Shown here piece after piece: positions 26,833 through 40,690 of a DNA stretch of 64,000 bases. The position numbers and the translations under genes were made by a program. Origin of the DNA: Ylistrum balloti. Taxonomy: Eukaryota. The notes below the pieces were generated by a model. The model made no database searches. It was given only the letters and a program-made list of their open reading frames with translations, and was not told where the DNA came from. The stretch spans positions 868,001 through 932,000 of the forward strand of contig NW_026782082.1 in assembly GCF_031769215.1 (NCBI RefSeq). The letters run 5' to 3'. Within the stretch, counting starts at the first letter, position 1. Every line of letters begins with the position of its first letter.

Positions 26833-27093
26833 TCAAGGAGACACGGAAAGAGTCATAGAGACTTGTTCAAGTGACACTGTAACACGATAGGCTTTAAGAT
26901 CGCGGAGACCAAACATACACTTGGGGTCGTAAAGACCTGATAGATTACAAATGCAATGGAAACAAGACAGACAATTGGGATCGTGGAAACTGGACAGACA
27001 CTCGGGGTCGCAGAGAAAGAACATACTGAAAAATGCCATGCAGGCAAGACAGACTACAGCGGTCACTGAAAAGCAAGATATTTCAAATACCAC
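26833..27093 (-). CDS. Candidate small Cys-rich ORF/exon with hydrophobic N-terminus and 9-aa DPxCLSxFH repeats
   Basis: 86-aa ORF over a degenerate 27-bp repeat; acceptor-like tatcttgcttttcag at ~27066; no homology recognised. Confidence 0.2.
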   Translation of the reverse strand: MVFEISCFSVTAVVCLACMAFFSMFFLCDPECLSSFHDPNCLSCFHCICNLSGLYDPKCMFGLRDLKAYRVTVSLEQVSMTLSVSP

Positions 27094-28409
27094 GAAGATT
27101 GGACTAGCTTAACATGTTCACGGAGACATGCGGCTTCAGTGCAGAGTGAAAATTTAAGTGCTCTATGGATCGCCGAAGAAGTTATAGTGTTGTTCTCTTT
27201 ACGAGAACGCGATTGTTAATGAAGAGCACAGTCGTTATATGTCTCAGCAATGAGGTGGTCTTGCGAACTCTCATTTGACTCTCCTTTAACCTTTCAGTCA
27301 TTTCAACATTTTCTCGTAGTTTTTTACCCACAGATACTTTGTAAACATTGCGTGTATTAACACTTGAGTTGTAATGTTTGGCCCGCCTCGATACTTCAAA
27401 TGTAATGCACGGTAGCAGATCAAAAAGACCCGTTAAGTGCACGCGCATTATTCAAATCGGTGCTCAAATACATAATCATAGAGAGAATTTTATTTAATTG
27501 TCGATGTCGACGTTGGAAAAACGTTCTCAACAGGATCTCTGTTTGGTAGCCGATTTGTGATAATTCATATTTTTGCTGTGAAAAAAAAAACGCCGAGCGA
27601 CAAAGTGCTTAAACGAAAAACTGCCAAATCGTAAAAACAAAAACCTGTTAACGTGCTGAATCGAATAAACAAAAATATTCCAAAGCCAATTAACAAATAA
27701 ACACCAAAGGTAAAAAAGAATACTTAAAAATCTTCGCTGTGACGTCTCCCTCATTGCGTTTGGCGTCTTTTCGTTATTATGTTTTGGCAGTTTTTCGTAT
27801 TTTCAATTTGGCGTTAAGGCGCGGATGTGGCTTCTCGTTCTGGCGCTATGTCGCCATTGACGACTTTTCTCATTTCTATAGCATTAAAAAATTAACGACC
27901 TTAATCCAGACTTATAATCGTTCAAACGTGAGTAAGCTAGGTAAAAAAAATCTACACGGAAACGATTGCAAAACCACTCTGAGAAATAAGACCAGGTGTT
28001 CCGGATGTTTCCATGACGAAAACAGCCATGTAAATCTTGGTCAATCCAAGCAATATATTGTATAAAAGGCGTGTATAGAATTCTCAAAATACAATTAATC
28101 AATATACACCCACATGTATTTACAATGAAGTATTTTTTTATTAATTTTTTTGTGATTTTACCAAATTTAAACGTGAATCGGACTTGTCCATTTAACAATT
28201 TCATGTTGTCTTTGTTTATATGACCACTCGTTTCAATACATATAGATAAAATCCAGTGATGTAAGATGCGTGAGAAAGAAAACAAAGAGGCCGAGACAGT
28301 GATCACATGAATAGACAGAAATGTACACGGTAGGTGTCGTCGATGAAGCAGAGAACACACATGCTTCTAAACCGCCTGGGACGCTATCCTTTAAGCCAAC
28401 GCTTTCGAT

Positions 28410-29055
28410 GTCAATGTTGCCGACGTTGCCACTATGTAGAACGCAGCGTTACTGGCAACATTACCGGAAAATCTGACATCAAAAAATAGCGTGTCGTAAA
28501 TGGAAACAATTGCTACGTAACCCACAACCTACGTTCCGAATAGCGCAAACGTTATTTCTTTTTTAAATATTTCATATAAGTATATCAGTGGAGATTGATT
28601 AAATACAATATAAATCGAAAACCAAGATATCTGTTGTCTTCGACTTCCTTTCCTTGTATTTTTGTGTGAGTCATCTGGAATTCTTTTTCTTTCATTCTTT
28701 TGTTTATTTTGCCCTCGTTTACTGAAATCGAATGCTGTACACTATTTGTCAGCCATTGTAAACATTAGGACAACTTATTTGCATTTCTCTTTGTTTAGCT
28801 ATGACGTCTGCTATGTTAAAAATCTCGATGGGTTTTGTCGAGAAAAAAAGCCCACGTCCTTGATCTAGAATTTCAATGTTGTTCGAATTTCCATAACGCC
28901 TCAAATCCAAGGGTATCACACTGTCTCGTTTCTATCTAATGATAAATCATCGTCCTGATATAAAGGAACCGTGACACTTATTGTTGAAGACTTTCATTCG
29001 TTGCCTTTTGAAAGTAAACGTTATGGATTTTCCGGAAGTTTAAACCGGAAGTACA
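28410..29055. promoter_or_regulatory. Promoter-like region with RFX X-box-like and tandem ETS motifs
   Basis: gttgcc x2, gttactggcaac (28448), attgctacgtaac (28509), two CCGGAAGT (29032, 29045); CpG locally abundant. Confidence 0.4.
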
Positions 29056-30842
29056 CTAAATATAATGACTAAAACCAAACTAGTAAAGAAAAAACGTCCT
29101 ACCATACAGAACCGATACTTTTTTTCAATGATAGGCCGTCTATTGTGTGTTAATGTTGACATGATATCATGTAAAAAGTCAGTTCTACACAAACTAGCGA
29201 GGTCGTAAGATACATTCTACAACAGTGTAGACTATTGTAATGTGTGACATGGGAATTACAAATTATTTGGTAATTTATTTGTGATTTTGTTTCCTTGAGA
29301 GCTTTTCACGTCACAATCCGTTGACAATCCGTATCTCATACTCCATTAAACTGTAAAACTTCGGATTTTTTTTTGTTTTCAAATTTTGTTTATAGAGCAG
29401 CGTTATTTGATGACGAAATGTTCTGTTTTATGGGTTAAATTTGCATCTAGTGCCCTGTAAACTTCAAACGCCTAAAGTGTAAAAAACGAAACCACAAGAA
29501 AAAAATGTTAACAGCTTAAAAAATAAATGACTTGTAATAACAATGACCACACATTAAAAATAGCCATGAATGAATTATATTCCTATTATGAAAGGAGAGA
29601 TATTTCTACGTGTAATGATATAATCGCGTGCTGTAGACAACCCTGCCGTACAGATAACGACACTTCAGTATCACACGGTATATAAACGGTTTGTGATAAA
29701 GGTGATGTCTGTAGTACATGTGAATTGAAATTTCCAACAGAAGTTTAATTCAAATGTGCAAAAAAAAAAAACGTTCACAACAGGTTGATCATTACATTTA
29801 ATTATCAAAAATTGATTTGTTTAAGTTTTCGTGTAAAATATTACCACAAAAATATTGCTGAATAAATTTAAGATTGGCTATGTAGCGCTTCCTTCCGAAA
29901 ATATCTTTGAAAGTAATCACATTGGATACCCTAAACAACGAGCCTCGGTGTGAGTTGTTTTTGGTTGGATATTTTTAAGTTTTATTTCATTATTTTTTAA
30001 TGCTATCATTGTCAGTATTATTTGCAAGCTATTTGAGCTGGCACGTAGAAACAAGTTACTATACCCTTTAAGAAACCTCTAATAGACGGCACAACTCTTG
30101 TCAAATAGGAGAGCAAAGTAAACATTTCAATGACCCTGACGAACTCTAAATCAATAGAATGTTTATATAATACCCAACTATACAGTTTGCTTTCAAACAT
30201 GCAAATGATAGTGAAAGGATTTAAAACATTTCTTATCATTTCAATATTTACCCTGAACAATATGTATTATTCTATCCTGGGGAGCGGAATAAAAAATGTA
30301 TAAATTATCTTTTTATTTCAAATATATTGATTGGCACATACAGTTGTAAGAACGTAGTTGTATTCTGCAGACGCTTTCCTTTATATGCAAGAAACAATAT
30401 GTTCAGAATTAAATACAGATCCTCGATGGTATTGTGCAACTAAAATGGGCCTCGTTTACACAATATGACACAATACTATATCGCGCTCTGGGTAGGGCCA
30501 ATCGATTGTCACTTTTAAAGTTTTAGAATGACATTGCATTTTTATTATGTTTCGTAAAAGACACACCCATTTTATTTCTATCTCATTTTTAAGCCTATAT
30601 ATCTTTCTCATAAATCATTAACAACGTATTGTTAATGTTTCTTTTAAATTCAACTTATGAATATCTCATGAAACCAACAGAACGAAAGAGATATGAAAGT
30701 TTTATATCACATGTAAAGGAATGAAATGACGTGAATATTAAAAATACGAATTTCGATGTTATATTTTCCGAAAGTTCAAATCTAACTCTTTTGTCTTGAT
30801 GGAAACTGATGAGAATTTCTCAGATTCGTTTCGCTCTCCTTC

Positions 30843-31210
30843 NNNNNNNNNNNNNNNNNNNNNNNNNNNNNNNNNNNNNNNNNNNNNNNNNNNNNNNNNN
30901 NNNNNNNNNNNNNNNNNNNNNNNNNNNNNNNNNNNNNNNNNNNNNNNNNNNNNNNNNNNNNNNNNNNNNNNNNNNNNNNNNNNNNNNNNNNNNNNNNNNT
31001 TCTGNNNNNNNNNNNNNNNNNNNNNNNNNNNNNNNNNNNNNNNNNNNNNNNNNNNNNNNNNNNNNNNNNNNNNNNNNNNNNNNNNNNNNNNNNNNNNNNN
31101 NNNNNNNNNNNNNNNNNNNNNNNNNNNNNNNNNNNNNNNNNNNNNNNNNNNNNNNNNNNNNNNNNNNNNNNNNNNNNNNNNNNNNNNNNNNNNNNNNNNN
31201 NNNNNNNNNN
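30843..31210. other. Two assembly gaps separated by a 5-bp island (ttctg, 31000-31004)
   Basis: N runs. Confidence 0.95.
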
Positions 31211-31904
31211 GTTCTGAGCATCTGAGCATGCTCAACGTGGGAATAGTTTTGCTAAAGGAGCGTCGCATTGCTTAAGAAGTTCACAACAAGCCGTTAATAG
31301 TGATCATAATTCAGAATCGTGTTTTTCTCTCTAGATGTTAAGTAGTTGAGCTATCTTTCCAGACATTGAACCATCAGGAAGTGGTGAAATCTGGCCACTT
31401 AAATAAATTTGGGGCTGTTTGATTAATATATCCAAGGTTATCGGGACTGTTTACATTGAAATGATGAATGGCAGCGAAATTTATTGAACACTTGATTTTG
31501 TTTGGAATGACATAATACTTAAGTATATTTACCTAAAATGGTGACACTGGTGAGTTATTTTTTTGTGTGTGTGGTTTTTTTTCAATTTAAATAATATATT
31601 GACAAATATTTAAGAAAATTCATTAGAATTTTATGATTTGGGAAAAAAAAAGAAAAAAAAAATACTATCGCTAGTATTCTTTGTACTTAAAATAATGTAA
31701 GAATTTTACGAACTTATTTTTAGGAAATCATTAAGCATTGACTTTGCGGAACATTATGAAAGCTGAGTGTGATTTTACGCGTGGATAAGTGGTACTGGAC
31801 GCGAGTTTTGTTGAGGAAAATGTTAAGTGCATTTTAATCCGAGATCGAAAACAATGAGCCCAGTCGATTAGAGAGTTGGCTTATAAAAACTTTGTTGAAA
31901 ATCC

Positions 31905-32130
31905 GAGGTGTGTAGTCTGTCGTTAATTAGTCCTGGAGGTTTGTGTCCTGCATGAGGCACAGAAATGGACGGTCAGTGCTGTTGTTGTATTCTTGGGCAA
32001 AACACAAAACACTTTACCACTATGGATGACACGAGACGGGCCTTCCGTATGATGTTCAGGGAGGTAGTCACCAGCTCCTACTTTAAGTAGACCACGGGGC
32101 GCTAAACCCTATTACTCAACAAATCGGGCA
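31905..32130 (+). mobile_element. Decayed CORE-type SINE
   Basis: gtattcttgggcaaaacac...actttacc core, ggatgacacgagacgggcc matching ~26805, tail ggggcgctaaaccc. Confidence 0.55.
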
Positions 32131-33631
32131 AAATGCCATCAGGAAGGGAGATAATTCGCTTTTTACTTAATTTATTTATTTATTTATTTATTTATTTGGG
32201 GCTTTGCTTTTGATATATAACAACGAAACTGTCTCGGTATCTTTTGCGTTGTTCCAATATATCATTTCTATCAATTTTGTCATAAGGCTATATCCATGAC
32301 GGTTTCATTAAGAATCAAAGGCATTTACAATCTGATCAATGTCACGTGTTTCTGGTAAGTCTGTCAAAGGACCCGGTATTAATACAAACCAAACAGCCTC
32401 GTCTATAAACTACGATGGCCGATATTACATGTAATTTTGATGAAAACTTGTCTGGCAAGCATTTCTTTAGATGTATGGAGTGACGGTGACGATTGTTCCC
32501 GTATTGAACGAAACTGTGTTCAAAATTGCTTTTTAAAAGGAAGATTCTAGAAAATGTTCCGTCTGATGTTTCCACTAACATGCCTTAAACACACTCGTGT
32601 TCGATGGAGGTGACTATTTATAGCTGTGCTGATGTACTTCTCCCACACGGAGATGACAAACAGCACAGATTCGTTGTAAGGAAATGAAGAACCCTTACAC
32701 TTACGGTTAGCAACTACACGTTAAATGGTTTTATCATACATTAATTTATCAGTTTTTTTTTCTCTCTCTCTGTACATAACCTTGTCCGTGTGAATAACGC
32801 TGAAGGGGTCTATCTGGGACAATCGTAGATAGCTAGGCATTGAAGATTTCAGGCTACTTCTACCTGCCCACAAAGAAACAATGACGAAATCGTCATTTTG
32901 ATCATTCGTTTTTTTTTATCTAAATATATGAACGGCATGTTTTAGAGATAGAAGATTACATGTATACAATAGACAGTATCGAAAAACCATTACGTAACAC
33001 TTCAAATAACCAGATGGTTTACGAACAAGGTCATTTTAAAACCTAAAGCGTTGTTGAATATTTGAAGGTCAGTCGAGTGTATAGATTACACGTAAACAAT
33101 CACACAAAGAATTAAAATACAACAGATCAGGCTACAAGAAAATAGCACAATAGCTTTAAAACTGTCGTTGATGTTCAAGAAGCAAGGTCACTGTTGGAAA
33201 GGAGACACCGGACGTGCATAATCATTTAGACTTCAAACGGAAATCGATCAATGGAAATAAGATTTGAAACGATACCGGATTTAAGATACGGAGATAACTG
33301 TTTACAAAATGCTAAAAGTAAACACGAAGGTATTGCTGGACTTATCATATAAACTAGCGCGGTTTTTCTCACAGCAGCGGCCATGTTTATTTTAGGGTAC
33401 GCCTTATTGTAGCTAGTGCAATGTCCTTATACTCGATCGACCCCGTGACCTATATAACATTTGATATTCTGTCACAACTAGTGTTGTACGACAAAATTTT
33501 TAATAAACCAATATTTCAATTCAGAATATGAAGGTGTACCTTGTCCGTTGTTTTTCTTGTTTGACTACCATTTTGAATCTTTTGAAACTATATTTTTAGA
33601 AAATTTGTATTGTCTCACTATATAATGACCT

Positions 33632-35160
33632 ATTACCTTGTGCCACTATATAGTGAGAGAGTGTAATCTTACCTTGTGTCACTATATAGTATGATAGTGT
33701 AATCTCACCTTGTATCACTATATAGTATGAAAGTGTAATCTCACCTTGTGTCACTACATAGTATGAAAGTGTAATCTCACCTTGTGTCACTATATAGTGT
33801 GATAGTGTAATATTATCTTGTGTCACTATATAGTATGAAAGTGTAATCTTACCTTGTGTCACTACATAGTATGAAAGTGTAATCTCACCTTGTGTCACTA
33901 CATAGTATGAAAGTGTAATCTCACCTTGTGTCACTATATAGTGTGATAGTGTAATCTCACCTTGTGCCACTATATAGTATGATAGTGTAATCTCACCTTG
34001 TGTCACTATATAGTATGAAAGTGTAATCTCACCTTGTGTCACTATATAGTATGAAAGTGTAATCTCACCTTGTGTCACTACATAGTATGAAAGTGTAATC
34101 TCACCTTGTGTCACTATATAGTGTGATAGTGTAATATTATCTTGTGTCACTATATAGTATGAAAGTGTAATCTTACCTTGTGTCACTACATAGTATGAAA
34201 GTGTAATCTTACCTTGTGTCACTATATAGTGTGATAGTGTAATCTCACCTTGTGTCACTATATAGTATGAAAGTGTAATCTCACCTTGTGTCACTATATA
34301 GTGTGATAGTGTAATCTTACCTTGTGTCACTACATAGTATGAAAGTGTAATCTTACCTTGTGTCACTATACCGTGTGATAGTGTAATCTCACCTTGTGTC
34401 ACTATATAGTATGAAAGTGTAATCTCACCTTGTGTCACTATATAGTATGATAGTGTAATCTTACCTTGTGTCACTATACCGTGTGATAGTGTAATCTCAC
34501 CTTGTGCCACTATATAGTGTGATAGTTTAATCTCACCTTGTGTCACTATATAGTGTGATAGTGTAATCTCACCTTGTGTCACTATACCGTGTGATAGTGT
34601 AATCTCACCTTGTGTCACTATATAGTATGAAAGTGTAATCTCACCTTCTGTCACTATATAGTGTGATAGTGTAATCTCACCTTGTGTCACTATACCGTGT
34701 GATAGTGTAATCTCACCTTGTGTCACTATACCGTGTGATAGTGTAATCTTACCTTGTGTCACTATATAGTATGAAAGTGTAATCTCACCTTCTGTCACTA
34801 TATAGTGTGATAGTGTAATCTCACCTTGTGCCACTATACCGTGTGATAGTGTAATCTCACCTTGTGTCACTATATAGTGTGATAGTGTAATCTTACCTTA
34901 TGTCACTATATAGTGTGATAGTGTAACCCTACCTTGTGTCACTATATAGTGTGAGAGTGTAATCTAACCTTGTGTCACTATATAGTATGATAGTGTAATC
35001 TAACCTTGTGTCACTATATAGTATGATAGTGTAATCTCACCTTGTGTCACTATATAGTGTGATAGTGTAATCTCACCTTGTGTCACTATATAGTGTGATA
35101 GTGTAATCTCACCTTGTGTCACTATATAGTGTGATAGTGTAATCTGAGGTTGTGCCACTG
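33632..35160. repeat. 36-bp minisatellite, ~42 copies
   Basis: Unit cttgtgtcactatatagtgtgatagtgtaatctcac. Confidence 0.98.
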
Positions 35161-35299
35161 TATAATGATATTTCACCTATCCCACAATATTGTGTAATCT
35201 CACTTGGTGCCACTACACTTATACATGTAGTGTTAGCTTGTCTTGAACCTCTATATAGTGTAATCACACCTATAATCGCTATTTAGTATTAACTTGGGA

Positions 35300-36310
35300 C
35301 ACTGTACAGTGTGACCTTAACGTGACATACTGTACATTGTGATCTGACCCTGACCTACTGCACAGTGTGACCTTAACGAGACATACTGTACATTGTGATC
35401 TGACCCTGACCTACTGTACACAGTGTGATCTTACCCTGACCTACTGTACAGCGTGATCTAAACCTGACCTACGGTACATTGTGATCTTACCCTGACCTAC
35501 GGTACAGTGTGATCTTACCCTGACCTACGGTACATTGTGATCTTACCCTGATCTACTGTACATTGTGATCTTACCCTGACCTACTGTACAGTGTGATCTT
35601 ACCCTGACCTACTGTACAGTGTGATCTTACCCTGACCTACTCTACATTGTGATCTTACTCTGACCTTCTATACAGTGTGACCTTACCTTGACCTAATGTA
35701 TATTGTGATCTTACCCTGACCTACTGTACAATGTGATCTTACCCTGACCTGTATACAGTGTGACCTTATCCTGACCTACTATACAGTGTGACCTTACCCT
35801 GACCTACTGCACAGTGTGATCGTACCCTGACCTACTGTACACAGTGTGATCTTACCCTGACCTACTGTAGACAGTGTGATCTTACCCTACCCTACTGTAC
35901 AGTGTGATCTTACCTTGACCTACTCTACAGTGTTATCTTACCCTGACCTACAGTAAACTGTGATGTTACCCTGACCTAATGTACAGTGTGATCTTACCCT
36001 GACCTACTGTACAGTGTGATCTTACCCTGATCTACTGTACAGTATGATCTACCCTGACCTACTGTACGGTGTGATCTTACCCTTACCTACTGTACGGTGT
36101 GATCTTACCCTGACCTACTGTACGGTGTGATCTTACCCTTACCTACTGTACAGTGTGACCTTACCCTGACCTACTGTACAGTGTGACCTTACCCAGACCT
36201 ACTGTACAGTGTGATCTTACCCTGACCTACTGTACACAGTGTGATCTTACCCTGACCTACTGTACAGTATGATCTACCCTGACCTACTGTACAGTGTGAT
36301 TTTACCTTGT
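35300..36310. repeat. 28-bp minisatellite, ~36 copies, homologous to the adjacent 36-mer
   Basis: Unit ctactgtacagtgtgatcttaccctgac. Confidence 0.98.
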
Positions 36311-36949
36311 GCCGTTAATATTTTTATATTATGTATGTAGTTGCATTGGGGCATGCGCAACTTCATTTGATCTTCTTACTTTGTGCCATTTCCAATCTTT
36401 ATTTGACGGTGTGCCACTTTCATTTCACCTTGTGTTACGTTATAGCTCATTATCCGTGTCTGTTTATTCATGAAAATCATCATCTAAAATCCATTACGAG
36501 AGCCACAAGGATATGAATTGGTGCCCGGTGGTGATCCGATCTCAGGGACACGTGATTGGGTCATGTATGTAGTCGTAAACCGGACATAAAATTGCAGCAG
36601 AAAACTTGTCAAGTGTCGTAAAGATGTCGTAAACGACTCGGGTTACGTCACTGCTGTGTTTTGATCGTAACATTTCATGCCCTGTTGTCATTTGTATTTA
36701 TGCACATATTTTACACCGCGCGTGCGTGACATATTTACATGTTAACCAGATGCTCCACATAAACGTGCGAACTAAAGCATCATTGATCGATACTTGTAGA
36801 CATTTCTAAATATTTTATAATGAACTACATATCAAGTGTCATCATTTTATATAAATATATAATATACCGAAAAAGTTATTGAAAATTGAAACTTGGAATT
36901 CGAGACATGTGATGAGTGATCATTAGTCTAGATATTTAAGAATTTGGAT

Positions 36950-37100
36950 AGGAAACGTCATAGTTTTGTTTTTCTTTCATTTTATTTCATTTTTTTTTCT
37001 CTCTCTCTCTTTTTTCCTTTTTATTATTATTATTTTTTTATTTTATTTTATTTTTTTTTTGTATTTGTTTTTGTATTCTATTTTGTTTGTTTTTTTTTCA
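36950..37100. repeat. T-rich low-complexity tract
   Basis: Long T runs with interspersed a/c/g. Confidence 0.8.
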
Positions 37101-39570
37101 ATATAAAAGAAATCAATAGAAACAAACATGAATTCAAACGATAAAATAAAAACGCAAATGTTTTTTACGTTAGAAGGTATTTTATTCTAAATGTGTGACT
37201 TGGACTAACAAAAGAATTAACATCTGAAGCGTTCATAAATGACAAGAAGACGGGTATGGGAGATATTTAAATTATGTAAAACGTGTCGCCTATGAACCAG
37301 AGTCCGCTAACCCTTCCGGATCCTCTTATTATCCTAGTTATCCATGTAAATCTTTCTTTTGTTGAAATCTTGCTCTTTTGATCGATTTTGAGCTTGAATA
37401 CATCGTTTTGATTTGATTAATTGATATTCTGTTGATATGTTGATAAGGCATCGACATTTCTCTTCATATTTTACCTTCGTTTTCTCGATATTGTGTTATA
37501 ATAACGGTTTTGTTGATATGTCAATATCACGTTGTCACGGCAACCCTACATCACCCCTAATTAGGTAGGGATGATTTCTTGATGTTTTCATATCTTCATT
37601 TCTTTCCTGCTTACTCTTTCTTTACATGTTTTGCTTTCCGTCGTTACTGTCCTTGACAAAATATGTACTCACTACACTTTGTTTGATGTATACTTTAAAA
37701 CGAGTGGTTAGGACATGTTAGCCAGTATAACGTGACACTGGTATCATGATACCGTGTCCTGACATTTCAGTGTGATGGCACTATAAAAGTGTCGTCATTG
37801 AGACTATTGACCGTGGACGACCTCTTCATATCATCCATGTTTGTTATGGAAGCCTAAAACATCAAACAAAGAGATAAACGAACAAATACACAGACAAGCA
37901 AACAAGTACATTAACAAATAAACAAAACTGAAAAGGAACAGCATATTTCCACAGATATGTCTTGTATAATTAAAGCAAATTCGAAGAAACATTATAGAAT
38001 TTGCACTTTTAAACCTTAGAACTGAAATACGATACACAAGGTTTACAATTCCCTGTTGGAAATTTTTGTTAATGCGTGGCAAATGTCAGTGTTATTTACG
38101 TTAAATAGCTTGCTATTAACACTGACGTTTGAAATGTGAGTCTGTTTTCATTACTTCTATTTTTTCAGTGTGAACTCTTTCAAAATGCATTAAAGAGTCA
38201 TTTCTTGATTTGTGTGAGTTGTGTACCTTTACAAATACCGTCGTTTAGACAAATGCCATATTCGATCAGTCTTGTTTTTATTTATTAAAAAACCGCGTTC
38301 TAGAGCTTAAAATGATATGCTTTTTAACATATTTCTACTTCTAACTTTTTGTTCGGTTGAATATCATTTCTGTACCGGTAAGTCTGATATAAAAAAGTTA
38401 ATAATTGACTCAAATTGGTAATATACGATTAATAAACACAACTGCTTTCTTCACTGTAGCACATTGATGCGTATGCTCGGATAATGTTTCTTTAATGCAG
38501 AAATATATGTTACATTTCAATACAACTTTTTAGGGCGTTCGAAAGACAAATTATCGCTGGAGAATGAAGTCCCAAAAATTACACGCATTCCGTTTGATTT
38601 AATCCAACTATAAACATTGACCAACTGTCACAATTCCAATTTGTTTTAATGTCTGTGTTAGATGTCGGTTATTAATCGTGCCTCAACAGAAAAGTTTGAC
38701 TTTGGCACGAATATTGCAATCTGCACATGCTGATCTTTTTAATAAGGTTTTACAGGTACAAATGTATTTCCTTTTCCAAAATTTTATCAAAAGTGGGGTT
38801 TTTTTCAAGCTTTAAATCTTTTTGGACATAATATTCCTGTGTTTTACCGTCAAATTAATTTGTATGTTTATTTTCAGTTTTGCCTCATCATTCACTTTTT
38901 TCTAATTTTGATAGTTTACCTCTTATTTTATTTTCTTTATTTATTTTATCAAGGACTTCGATCTTTATTAGTCGTTACTATTTTTCTATAAGTTATTTCT
39001 TACCTTTCCAGGAATCATAACACAATATTTTCAACAATTGTCTTGACTATTTCGGCGTCTTCAAACTGTCTTCGTCCGTCTCATCTAGAATCTTTGCTAA
39101 TTAATACAAGGCGTTTAATGTATCTAAGATATATTTTGTGTTCAGGTAATACAGATAAACAAAACAAAAAGAAACAAACACCATAATAGTAATTGCCATT
39201 TGTTGGTTACTCGACAAAACCATGGGTAACAATGACAATGGAATGCAGTTAAGCGTACGTGTGCTTTATCACTATGTCAATCTGCTGTAGTCCTAATGGC
39301 GTCATTTAAGACAGGTATTCGTGACAAGGACAATCCAAAGAAACATACTTTTTATCGATATATGTTATAGCTGTTCTGGTTTCTATCCAGGGACCAGTAC
39401 ATAGATTTAATCTCCGTATTCAAATTATCTCCCTTTTTTTCTCATTGATCGAATCACCCGGATTCGAACATTAAATTATTTTTAAATTGGTATCCGATTA
39501 TCTCGCTTGTAAATACCTCATTTCTTGATAGGGTTTAACTTTCTCGCATGGACATGTGTGTGTATCAAAT

Positions 39571-39742
39571 TACTGTACAATAACTAATTTTCGTGGGGAT
39601 TTATTTTCGTTGATACTCCTAATCCACGAATTTATATGTCCACGAACTGTAAAAGTATAATTTTGTTTCTTTATCTATATTTATCTAAGAACTTAAATGT
39701 TCACAGCAATGTTGTGAAAACCACGAAAATGAATTTGCAGTA
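39571..39742. mobile_element. MITE-like non-autonomous DNA element (~170 bp)
   Basis: Left end tactgtacaataactaattttcgtgg, right end ccacgaaaatgaatttgcagta (imperfect TIRs, TA termini); internal ccacgaa/ttcgtgg repeats. Confidence 0.55.
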
Positions 39743-40690
39743 GTGTTTAATTTACCTGCACTGTAAAATGTCTAAATTGATCATCAATTATCTCTCTAGG
39801 TAATTAGAAATGAAAGTTTTTCATCATCTTAATGAACATCGTGTAAACAGACCTAAAAGTACGCCTTACAAACGAACTTATCTTTATGCATGTAGTTTTC
39901 TTTTTAAGTCGTTATAGATGAAAACTCAAACAGAACATGGTATATCAGTTTCATATGTATAAGCCTTTTTATGAAGATAGATAAACGTATTAATGACTTT
40001 AAAAAATATTATTTTGGTGGTCTAAGTTTTTAAAGTTAAAGTCTAAGTTAAAATTTCAAAATTTAAAACAATTACAAAATTGTACTTTATATAAATATAT
40101 GATTTATGCGTTCAGATCGCAAATCGTTTAATAAAATTGAACATCAGATGTGTTCACCACTCTGAATTCTAGAAAGGTTTCTTAATACTAAACTCAGAAT
40201 ATACAAACAAAGGTACATGTTTATTCCATACCAGGATAGAGTCGTTCCATTCAGAGTGATGAAAATATATGTTAGAAACAATGTATGGCTTGACATTATA
40301 CTGTCACTTTCAACAAACAAATGACAAATATTTATTGTAGATGAATTGCTGTCAATCGATAAATTTTCGCGGCTATTGATCTTCCCGGTTACACTATTTG
40401 ACGGCGATGAATCTTACCGAATTTTCTACTCTTCGATTGATGGAACAGCCATTGCTAAGGAAATAATTTGCACCTTGCAATCTTGAGTGACAAACAGAAT
40501 GTCAAAAAAAGTTTATTAACCCTCAAGAAAATGCCCCCTAATTCATCCATTAGTAATATTGTTTTTGTAATTGTATAATGTACCAATAGTAAAATGATGT
40601 TTCTATTTAATGGTAAACTATTCCAGTTTCGTATTTTGAAGCTACATAATGTAAATAATGCATCGATTTTTGTCAGAATACAATGCTATA

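Noticed and set aside
33596-34870. 424-aa TQGEITLSHYIV repeat ORF (beta-solenoid-like appearance)
   Set aside because: Stop-free only because the 36-bp consensus lacks a stop in that frame; no ATG start or unique domain; the array continues past the ORF and is homologous to a non-triplet 28-mer.
38689-38755. KSLTLARILQSAHADLFNKVLQ, vaguely ABCC-like exon
   Set aside because: Weak donor (gtacaa); no neighbouring ABC exons or Walker motifs.
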